Below, in pieces: positions 11,845-22,230 of a stretch of 38,043 nt of DNA. Source of the stretch: Ministeria vibrans ATCC 50519 (lineage: Eukaryota; Protista; Filasterea). Below the pieces are notes generated by a model. That model saw nothing but the letters and a program-made list of their open reading frames with translations. It was not told where the DNA came from and searched no databases. Within the stretch, counting starts at the first letter, position 1, and every line of letters begins with the position of its first letter. Position numbers and translations under genes: made by a program. The stretch spans positions 60,204 through 98,246 of the forward strand of contig CALSCP010001441.1 in NCBI GenBank assembly GCA_943704425.1, in the 5' to 3' direction.

Positions 11845-13629
11845 TCAAAGTACGTACTTGAGACAACTGACGTGATGCGCGACGTCATTGATGACAGTAA
11901 GCTCCTCAAGGTACTCTGCGCCGCTGCCGCAGATCTTGCAGGCGACGCAGGCCGGGTGGATGCGGTCGTCGGCAACCTGCAGGAAGGGCCCGTCGAGCGG
12001 GAGCGCACACTTGGCGCACTTTTTGCCGTACTTGGCGAGATAGTCTGGTTTGCAGTAGAGACCACCGTCCATGTTGTAAAAGACGGTCGTGAGGCGCGTC
12101 TTGCATTGACAGCAGATGAAGCACTGCGGGTGGAACATCTTCCCGTCTGCCTCCACTGCATCCCCTTTGACCAACTGCCGACATCGCCCGCACTTCTCAT
12201 TGTGCTTCCCTTTGCTCGGCTCGCAGTGCTCGCAGAACAGTCGCTCCCCCACCAGAAACACCTGCACTCCCGACTGCAGAGGTACGCTGCAGTCGCTGCA
12301 CCGCAGACACTGCATGTGGTACGGTGAGTCCATGCAACTCACCCCCTTTCGCTCAATGTGCTTGTTGCACGCCTAAACATTGCCAAAGTATGTGCGTGTG
12401 TGTGTGAGTGAGAGTGAGTCTCGCTTGGGTAGGAGTGTGATACTTTGCAGATTTCACAGAAAAGCTCAAGCCAGTCGGTGCGACAGTAGAAGTAACCCGC
12501 TCGTTCGTACAGTCCGTCGTTGGAAAATAGTGCCTTACACTCTACCACAGAATATTTTTAACATTGCTATCATCATCATCATCATCATCTCTCTATCATT
12601 TTGGCGCTTTCTCTCTCTCTCTCTCTTCTTTCTCTCTTCTTTCTCCATCACTTTTAAGTGTTTCTTTCTCCCTCCTCTCGCCATCACTGTTTCTTTCTCC
12701 CTCCTTTTAATCACGCACAATTTCGTACTTTGACAGGGTGCCTTGTCGGCGAGACTAATGTCTTTCAGAGTGGCCGAGAAGACCGGCGGCAACTCAGGCG
12801 CCCTCTCGAGACCCAGATCCTCTGCGTAGACACTCGCCTCGTCTTTGACTGTCGTAAATTTGCTCTCAGACTCGCCGCCGCGTTTCTTGCGCTCCGTCTG
12901 AATCTGCTCCAGTGTGACGTAGGCAGGCTCTTCCGCCTCATACGTGCTCACAAAGGCCACACTGCTGTACACCACAGAGGACTTGCCGGCAGTCGACACC
13001 TGCGAGAAACTGCTCCGCTGCGACGCCGCTGCTGCCGCGTCGCCTTCCCACTCCCTTATCTGGCTCGTCTCTCGACTCACCGACGCAGAGGACGTGTGCA
13101 GCGCCTGCGAGATCAGCGTCATCGACGGTTTCTTCACTGCCAATGGAGACAACACCGTGCCCTATTGTGTGCAAGAGGATGAGACGACAACACAGAGTGC
13201 GGCACACACCGCAAAGAAGCACACCGCACGCCGCCATTCCTTGCCCACGCGTAGTGCAGTCTATGTTATGCGGAAAGACGCCTCGAATCGTGGCAGTAGA
13301 GTCGAGATATAACGAGAAAAAAAAAGGGCATCTCCAAATTTGGGCAGAAAACGTTCAACATCTGAGTTCAAAACCCCCACTGGACCGCTTGAGTTGCGCG
13401 TCGTCTGCGTTGGAATGGATACAAGTCTGTTGCAGGGCTCCAGTCATACCTTTTTGTGGCCCTGTAGCGATGAATTGGTTTGGACAACGGGTCTTTTCGT
13501 CGCAACGTCAACGCTCGCCGTTGCGTCCGTGTCCACTTCGCCGTCGTCGCCTCCGAGACCCACAGTCGGGTCATAGACGACCGGCGCCGGCTTCTTCTTT
13601 CTCTTGAACAGGGGGCTCAAGAAGGGCAT
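11845..13629 (-). CDS. LIM-domain protein (low-complexity N-terminus, a half LIM plus three LIM domains)
   Basis: C-terminal exons: CQKC...YCRTD; CKACNK...YHMQCLRCSDC...FCEHC; CGRC...FHPQCFICCQC...YCKPD; CAKC...IHPACVACKIC...HHVSC. N-terminal exon boundaries between 13160 and 13450 are uncertain. Confidence 0.8.
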
Positions 13630-14178
13630 GACACGAACAAAAACTGTGTGAAACTGTGTGTTTAGGAAACTCTGAAGAGAGTGAATGAATAATCTTCAAA
13701 ATCCCCCTTTCTTTCACTTTTTGTACCTCGCCGCTGTTCTCACTCCTCACGTCCTCACCTTAAAAAAAAGTCGTATTGGCGATTGTTGCTCCGTACTCAC
13801 TTGTCCATCGACCCATTCGTCTGTCGGTGTGCGGAGTTGTAAAACCAAGAGCAGTTTCACAGTTTAGCCCCACGGCCGGGAAACCACTCGAGCTCCTGAA
13901 TTACACCCGTAGTTACTCGTCCAATCTGTCCCCGTTGGCGAGAGAGACAGTGCCACCGCCAAACCAGTACGAATTTGGGGAAAATCGGCTGATAAGAATG
14001 CGTTGTCCCGTCCGCCGCTCCACACCCCTCTCTCACTCATTGTCGGCCGCGTATCCCGTTGGCACGTCCTTTTTTGTGCTTGTGGCAGCCTCGCGGGCGC
14101 CTTTCCGTCACTTTGAGCGCATTTGCAAATGATTTCATTCTTTCTCTTGTAGGAAAAAAAAAAAAAAAACAACAGAAA

Positions 14179-17100
14179 ATGACTTCTGTGCGAATTTCAG
14201 AGTCATGCATCGCATACAGCAACCGAGAAACGCATAGTATAGAGGTGTTTGAGGAGTGCAGGGATGGCGCAGAGCAGATTGACTGCGCCGTTGCGTCGTG
14301 GAGCGGACAACTGTTTGGCGTCCAATGCATTGCGCTGAGTCCCACTGCGCAGTATCTTGTCAGCTGCGGGTTGAGCGACATCATTACCGTATGGAATGCC
14401 CGTGATGACACTGTTGCTCTCGAGCTTGTTGGACACGACAGGTGAGAATTGCAGCTCAGTTTATTATGTTATTGTGTGTTACACTGTTGTAAGTATATTA
14501 TAATAATAATAATTATAATATTATTTGAAGTATTGCGCTGCTCTTTGTTTTGCATATTGTCTTGTTTTGACATTGAGTACAGCTCTTGATTCTCTATTTA
14601 TTTTACTATTATTTTTGTCTTCTTCTTCTTCGTTTTATTTTTATGTCTTTGCGTGGTGACTATACCATTAATAAATGGGTTGTATTCTTCTTCTTCTTCT
14701 TATTGTTATTAATTTTTTGTGTTGATTTATCTCATTTTTAGCTCTGTTCAAACCATCCACGTCTCTGCGGACGAAAAGCTTCTTCTGAGTGCTTCCACTG
14801 ACATGACACTCAAATTATGGAGCTTGCCCAGCGGAGTGTGCCAAAAGACGCTCAAACATTCAGAGTAACGTCACTTGAGAAGGGAATCTGAATTAATCAT
14901 TATTGCTATCACTGCATTGTTGTGTTGTACAGTCTTCTTTTCTGCGGTATCCTCTCTCGTGACTGCAAAAAGGTCCTATGTGGCTCTCGTGACTGCTTGA
15001 TGATCCTTTGGGATGTTGAGAGCGAAGAATCGGTGGTCTTTCAGGGTCATTCGAGGTAAAATGGACACAACACACACTCACCCGTGTATCTTCATCCGCT
15101 CGTTTATATTAACATTTCATTGTTTTGTCATTAATATTGTGACTCTTTTTTTTTCTTTTTGTTCAGTTGGGTGTGGGATGTACAATTCTCACACAATGAA
15201 AAGCGAGCGCTGAGTGGCTCGTTTGACAACACAGTGAAGATGTGGGATATTCAGAAGAAAGAGTGTCTAATGACTTTTGTGGGACACGAAGGGTACACGT
15301 AATTTCGTGAGAGCCTCGACTCAATTAACGTCACTTGCTCTTTAGTCCCGTCAAGTCAGTGCGGTTCTCTCTCGATGGAAAGACCATTCTCAGTGCTTCT
15401 CACGACCATACCATCAAAATATGGTCAACTGTGAGCAGTGACTGCACAAAAACACTCAAGGGCCATGCACAGTACGAGCGAAGCAAATCAAACGCAATCT
15501 TCATTTGCCCAAAATCACTCGTTTATTTTTCGTTAATTTTTCGTTTATTTTTCCTTTGACTTCTTAGCCACGTTCACTCGGCAATTTTCTCGTGCGATGA
15601 GACGCACGTGATTAGTGGATCGGCAGACAAGACAGTGAAAGTGTGGGATATGCAGACAGAGGAGTGTGTGCGCACTCTCACGGCACACACAGAGTATATC
15701 AGAAATCAATTTGTCTGAAAGATTTAATAATTTTTGTTCTCTTTTGTTTTCGTTTTTGGTTTTATGCAGAGTTGTTCGTCAAGTGCGCATTGCGCTCGAC
15801 AACAAGACCATTTTCAGTTGTTCTGACGATGGCACGACGAAAAAGTGGACCATTGCCAAAGGAACTCGTGTGAAGACACTCAACGTTTCACAAAGGTCCG
15901 AATACTATTCTCTTGTTATTGTGTTATGTGCCCGTCTTCTTATCAATATAAATACTGAATTGTTCATGACGTGTAGTTTTCTCACGAAGATTGCACTCTC
16001 ATCCGACAACAAGTTTCTGATTGCTCAATTCGACAATGGTTCACAACAGCAGTGGCCTCTTTCCGATCTGTTGCCGTAAGGAAGATATATATAAAAAATA
16101 GTATGACTCTGTCTTATCATGAAATTTAATCAGGTCGCTCGCGTATGACGTTGCATTCTCCGCTGCAATGGCACGCGGATCCGTGGTCAGTCGGTCGATC
16201 AAAGTGCTCGTTTTAGGTGCGACTGAGGCGGGCAAGACCTCGCTGCTGGCTGCTCTGAAGGGCGACGAATTGCCGGGCGAAGAGGATCGCTCAGTGGCGA
16301 CTCGCATGCACAAAATGCGAATGGTGCTGAATAAGGGAACGGGGGTGTTTGAAGCAGTGCCACTTGATGAGTTGCGTCTGGCGAGTCTCCTTGCGAGCAA
16401 TGACGAAGAGATGGAGATGGAAGACGCTGCGACGACGTTGGAGGATCGAGAGGGGGAGGAGAAGACACCAGATGAGGAGGAAGAGGAGGACGAAGAAGAA
16501 GATGAAGAGGAGGGGGAAGAGAAGGACGAATCATCACCTGATCATGTCCACGAGGAAGAGGAGGAAGAGAAGGACGAATCATCACCTGATCATGTCCACG
16601 AGGAAGAGGAGGAAGAGAAGGACGAATCATCACCTGATCATGTCCACGAGGAAGAGGAGGAAGAGAAGGACGAATTATCACCTGATCATGTCCACGAGGA
16701 AGAGGAGGAAGAGAAGGACGAATCATCACCTGATCATGTCCACGAGGAAGAGGAGGAAGAGAAGGACGAATCATCACCTGATCATGTCCACGAGGAAGAG
16801 GAGGAAGAGGAAGAGGAATCACCTGACGTTCTTGAGGAACAAGAGGGGACGAAGGAAGCAAACGAGGAGAAAGAGGAGGACCAGGTGAAGACGATGCCCA
16901 CAGAGGCCGACAAGAGCGAGAAGAAGGAACCAGACAGCTGCATGCATAGCACTGGGGCTCACACTCAGCTCAAGGTGCACCACCCCATCCTCGCGACGCT
17001 CCCTCCTCGTCCCCCTATGCCAAATAACCCATCCTTCTCGCTTCCTCGCACACCCCCTACCCCAATGTCCCCTTCCATGGCGCTCGTCCGAGGACTACTT

Positions 17101-19024
17101 GGAAATGCGATGCACAAGGAACATGTCGACTTGGAGATGTTTGACTTTGCCGGTAAGAATTCTTTAGATTCGTCACTCTTCTTACTCGTTTGCTCTCTCC
17201 ATCCTTTTTTTCCCCGCTTCTTAGGCGAGTCGATGTACGACTCTCTTCCTGCTCTCTTCATGGGAGCCGAGTCTGTCTACGTCCTCGTCTTCGACTTGTC
17301 CGTCATGAACAACAGAATTTGCGCTAATCGACAGTATGACCATCTGATCAAGTGGGCCAACATCATTGCCCATCAAGTGCCTCTCACAGACGAGTCTTAC
17401 TTCCGTGTGATCGTTGTGGGCACTCATCTCGACACGTTTCCCAACAACACTATGGGAACGGACCTCCTTGAGATTGTCTCTCACGACATTCTTCAAAAGG
17501 TCGGTTCTGTGCTCGGCAGTCACCTCACAATGCCACGCGACACTCCCGGCGTGCCCTTCTTCCAGGTGGGCAGCAAGAAGCACATTGGACTAGAGGGTGT
17601 GAGCGCCGCTCTTCACCAGGCGGTGCGCAATCGCACTCTCCCCCTGGAATGGGTCGCTGCTCAAGATCTGATGGGGCGATGGGCGCGTCTGGGTCACGTG
17701 ATGCTCATGTCCAGTGTCGGCGATTTGGGCGCCCTTGAGCTCAACGATAAGCCTCTGGTGACGTTGGGAGATATGATGTCGGATATGAACGACATCCGAA
17801 AGGGATTGGTGCCCTATCTGGAGAGCGCCGCGGACATTCTGGTGTGTCGTGCGGATGCCGCGAGTCAATGCGTGAGCGAGTCGGACACGATTGTGTTTGA
17901 TGTGCCGCGGCTGATTGGAGCACTAGAGCTGCTGTGCTCGGTGGTGATGGCGCAGTGGGGACGCGCGAAGAGCAAACGGGCCGTGGCTATGCTGCGAGAG
18001 GTTGTGAAAGCGGGTCAGATGCACCCGGACGACGGAGCGAGGCGCACAGCGCGTCTTCTTGGCGAACTGGACAAGTTCAAAGACGCGTCTGAGTGTGGGT
18101 TCCCCGCCGAGGCCGCCGAATGGCTTGTGTGGACTGCGGCGGCTCCACATGCCACTAATCTGCTGACCGTTCCGAGTGAGCCCGCTCAGAAGCCAGCGAC
18201 TTGGGGCCAGTATTTCTCCGGCTTCCTTCCAGGCGCCTCCAAGTCAAGTCCTCGTCAACCTCATCTTATTCCCCTTCTTGCTGGCGCCGATGTGTCCGAC
18301 GTCGACGTTTTTATGGTCTGCCTTGAACGGCTTTGCCTCATCTTTCGCCGTGACGCACAACTCTTTGTTCCGATGCTCCTGCCCGAACGTGCCGCCTTCC
18401 TTGACGCACCCATCCACTTCCCCGCCCAGCTTTTCCTCTACCAGTTTGCCTGCAATGCAGAGACTCTTCCGGTCTCTCTGGCGACCTTCCAAATGCTCAT
18501 GGTGGCCCTGTGGCGCGAATCGTTACCGGATAGTCCTATCCGTGCAACGCAGTGGTGCACCAATGTCATGATGATAGACGCGTGCGTCCCGGTGCGTCTG
18601 CGACTCGAACCAACTGAGCCGTTTGTGCGCGTTGAGCTGACGGATGACAGTGACCCTGTGCGAGTACAGCGCACTATGGATCGCATCTGTGGAGCGGTGT
18701 GCGACGGGACCCGTTCGCTGCGGTGGGGCTGGCGCGGCGCACCCGTCCTTGTGCCCGCCCACCCCTTCAAGAGCAACGCACCCCTGTTCGCAGCAGAAAA
18801 AGTGGCCAAAGCAAGCGCATTTTACCGTCGAGCAGACACTGTGTGGGGTGAAGTGGCGGCACACGGGGGCTTTGAACGGACGTGCAACGTGACTCTGGAG
18901 AAGTGGTGGGTGGCCACGCAGCGGAATGGTAAGAAACTCAATAAAATTCAGAAAAATAAATAATAATTGAACATTAGAGAGCTGTACTCATAATAATAAT
19001 AATATTAATAATAATAATAATAAA

Positions 19025-19059
<35 letters not shown>

Positions 19060-20102
19060 GTTATTATTGTTATTATTATTATTATTATTGTCGCTTTTCC
19101 TTTCGTGTGATGGATAATTATTATGTTATTATTGGAAGTGTCTACCTAGTTAATATTATTATTATTATAGAATAATTGTTATTGTTAACTGAAACGTTCG
19201 ACTCTTTAATAGACATGTCCGTTGCTCCTCGATACACATACGCGGGTGCGCTAGTGGTGGGTGTGAGCAAGTACAAAAGCATAAACCCGGCTCTGCAACA
19301 GTATCCGGATCTCACTGGCGTGACACACAGTGTCAAGCTCATGGCTGACATGTGGAGCAAGCGCTACTTTGATGTGTGCGCCGTGTCGGATGTGGACCCA
19401 ACGACTGGCCAGTGGGTGGCAGCAGTGACCGAGAAGCGAATTAAGGAAGCGGCACTGTATCTTGCTTGCAAGGCAAGCTTGCCGGCAGGCAGAGCGTCTC
19501 TGCTGGTTGTGCATCTGATTGGACACGGAGTGAGCGACGCCCGAGGTGGACTGGTTCTCAGCGACGCCATTACGACACCCAACGATAAGGAGTCGTGCTT
19601 TAATTTGGATGCGCTGCGTGGGATTCTGAGTGCACATGTAGCATGGACTGGGTGCAATATCCTGGTTATCTGCGACTTTTGCAATTCGGGTGCTCTTGTC
19701 AAGGACGACATTGGGCCTTTGGTTGGTCCACCTCTTTCAGGCTATGCGCGTCAGGTCCTCACGAGTTCACTTCCCTATGCTAATGGTTACATGACTATCG
19801 ACGAAACTCAGTCACAACTCACGGCTCTCCTGATGTGCGCACTGGGTCCGAATTCAGAAGCGTTTGAGCCTGGCGAGACGGGCATCTCAGTGCGTGACCT
19901 ACGTGGTCGCCTGCAGGCACTGGGCTCCACCTCTATGTTTCAGGCGTTGCTACTCGGTCGCATTTGGTCCGACTGGCACAGCACGCCCAACGATGGCGAC
20001 ATTATACTGTACCGCCATGGCAATGGAATGATCTCTGCTCCCACTCCTGCCCCCGCTCGCACTTCTGCTCCCGCTCCCATTCCTGCCCCCGTGTGGTTAT
20101 AA
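14179..20102 (+). CDS. WD40-repeat / Roc GTPase / COR-like / caspase-like (peptidase C14) multidomain protein
   Basis: Exons 14179-14441, 14742-14864, 14933-15055, 15167-15292, 15346-15471, 15568-15693, 15770-15895, 15977-16075, 16134-17152, 17225-18928, 19213-20102, all GT-AG and phase-compatible. WD40 motifs (SGSFDNTVKMWD, GH); Roc G1 VLVLGATEAGKTSL, G3 DFAG|E..Y, VYVLVFDLS, G4 VIVVGTHLD; C14 motifs ALVVGVSKY, HLIGHG, ICDFCNSG. Confidence 0.75.
16516..16825 (+). repeat. Coding tandem repeat, 48-bp unit x ~6 (EEEEEEKDESSPDHVH)
   Basis: Near-identical copies of gaggaagaggaggaagagaaggacgaatcatcacctgatcatgtccac; one copy has tca>tta (S>L). Confidence 0.95.
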
Positions 20103-20318
20103 TTATGTTTAGTATAATACATATTCCTTAAAATATTTCCTTTAACAGTTTTGTGCCTTTTGATCAGAAACTGACGAGAGACTTTGCGCAAAGCAAAAAA
20201 GAAACAACTCAGTTTCTTCGGTTACAATGCTGTATGATTAAAACTAATTTGTCCTTTAACCTTAAAAGTTAAAATCATTATTCATATTATTTTACCAGAC
20301 ATACGCTAACAATTACCA

Positions 20319-20886
20319 ATGCTCCAAGGCGCCCCTTGGAGACGATCAGCCGCCACAGCAGCAGCAGCAGCAGCAGCAGCAGCGGCGGCGGCGGCACCAA
20401 TGTTGATCAGTCGCCAGTTTTGGTGGCGATCGTCGCCCACGCCAATCAGCAAGGAATCCGTGCTGCCATCGGCGCCTGTTGCGCTCGCGAAGGATTTCCA
20501 GCCCCTCGAGAACTATGCGCGCGGAAGCTTGCCGGATATTTCGGCGCGACGTGAGTCACTCGCAGTGCGCAAGACACTCGCTGAGAATGTCTTGCGGATG
20601 CGCGATCTGCACGAGCGCGTTGAGCGCCTGCCCGTCGCCGACATGAGCACCGACAAGTGGCTGTTCTCCAGGGAGGACAAGCGGGTGCGTGCCGTGGCGA
20701 GCAAGCAGCAGCAGACTCGAAAATCTCACTTCCTCTCTGTCTTTGTCTTTCTCAGGTTGTCTCCTCTGCCAAATATCATAGAGTATTCCAGGATGTCACT
20801 GGGCCCTTTACGCCGTCCATCAACCTGCGTGTCCACTACGACGACGCGCCCGTCGTCTGTGGCTCTCTTCTCTATCCCAGACAAGT

Positions 20887-20923
<37 letters not shown>

Positions 20924-21668
20924 GCGATCACTCTGATCATATCATTTGCGATACCAAATAGGCTCTGAAAGCGCCCAAGGTTGAATTTGACCAGAGCGTA
21001 GAAGCACCACACCGCCGGTGGACGCTGGCAATGCTCACGCCTGACCTTGTCCCGCACAGTCCGGTACAGGAGGTCGATCAGAGCACAGCGCATCTGTTCC
21101 ACTGGGTCGTGTAAGCTAGCGCACAGGAAAATCATTGGATTCTGGTTGAAACGTACATATGTATGTGTGTGTGTATAGGAGCAACATTAAAGAAGGATCC
21201 GTCGAGAGCGGCGACACGCTAGTGCCTTACCTGCCACCACTGCCTTTGCACGGCCTTGGCTACCAGCGCTACTGCTTTGTTCTGTGCCTGCAATTGCGCT
21301 CCGAACCCATTGCAAGCGTAGAACAGCTTACCCTCACCAACGAACGATGGGGCAATCTTCTCACGCTCCTCCCACCATCTGACACAGACGCAAACACAAT
21401 CGAGTCAATGGAGTCCGCAAACACGAACACGAACACACACACAGTCACAGACGGTCCCTCCTCGGACACTTCTAACCCTCTACACTGGTCCTCCGATGCT
21501 CTCGTGACCCCCTCCACCCCTGGCCGTCTTCTTCCCGTCGCCCTCTCCTTCTTCCAGTCCCAATGGGACTCCTCCGTCGACGACTCCATGCGCTCTCTCG
21601 ATCTCTCCCCAATCAGACTCGACTCACCTTTCCCCGCCCCTGTCGGTCCTGCCCAAACCAAAGCGTAA
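20319..21668 (+). CDS. MRPL38: PEBP-family protein, probable mitochondrial ribosomal protein mL38
   Basis: Arg/Ala-rich presequence-like N-terminus; spliced RVFQDVTGPFTPSINLRVHY..., WTLAMLTPD, LFHWVV|SNI, YLPPLPLHGLGYQRYCFVL, LSFFQSQWDSSV. Confidence 0.75.
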
Positions 21669-22230
21669 AAAAAACCATAATAATAATAATATAATAACGC
21701 ACACACACACAAAAGCAACAACCCCATTTCTCACTCTCACTCTCTCACTCTCTCTCTCTTTTCTTCCAGTGCTGCCTTTCGAATTCGCTCAAAGGAATCT
21801 CACAAGAGAAAATACGATCTGTTTTAAATTGTGTTTCCCTTCTGTTTGTTTCTCCGTCACCAATAGTAAACATAACATTTTTAAATCAACACACCGCCGC
21901 ACAAACGACCCGATTTAGTTTCCAACGACTCAATGCGCGCGCGCTCTCTTTCTCTTCTTCATCAAGACGTCTTTTAATTTTTTCGTTCTCTAGTCGGATC
22001 TTGCGCGCACCAAAAAAAAAGTTGAATTATGTTTAACAGTGTTTCAAATACAATAAATAAGATCCATGAGAAAAACATCTCGTACATCGAGAGAGAGAAA
22101 GATGGTTAACGACAGACAAGTGAGTGAATGAGAGAGTGTGAGAGTGTGAGTGAATGAGAGAGTGTGAGAGTGAGAGTGAGAGAGTCAGAGTCAGTGAGGA
22201 GGACACAGAATGTACATACACACACACACA

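Noticed and set aside
16516-16825. Regular direct repeats resembling a CRISPR array
   Set aside because: No unique spacers; the unit is an in-frame coding 48-mer in a eukaryotic gene.
16168-18963. Standalone 931-aa GTPase ORF as listed in the track
   Set aside because: It includes a 72-nt in-frame intron and AT-rich read-through (KKLNKIQKNK) past a strong gtaaga donor; better explained as internal exons.
18985-19095. (TAA)n followed by (TTA)n forming an inverted repeat
   Set aside because: Low-complexity AT tracts like this are common in this genome's introns and spacers; no evidence of a MITE.
20097-20270. Possible extra exon after the caspase domain (TG|gttata...ttaacag|T TTT GTG)
   Set aside because: Phase-compatible, but the donor is weak and the peptide is unrecognisable; not included without transcript data.
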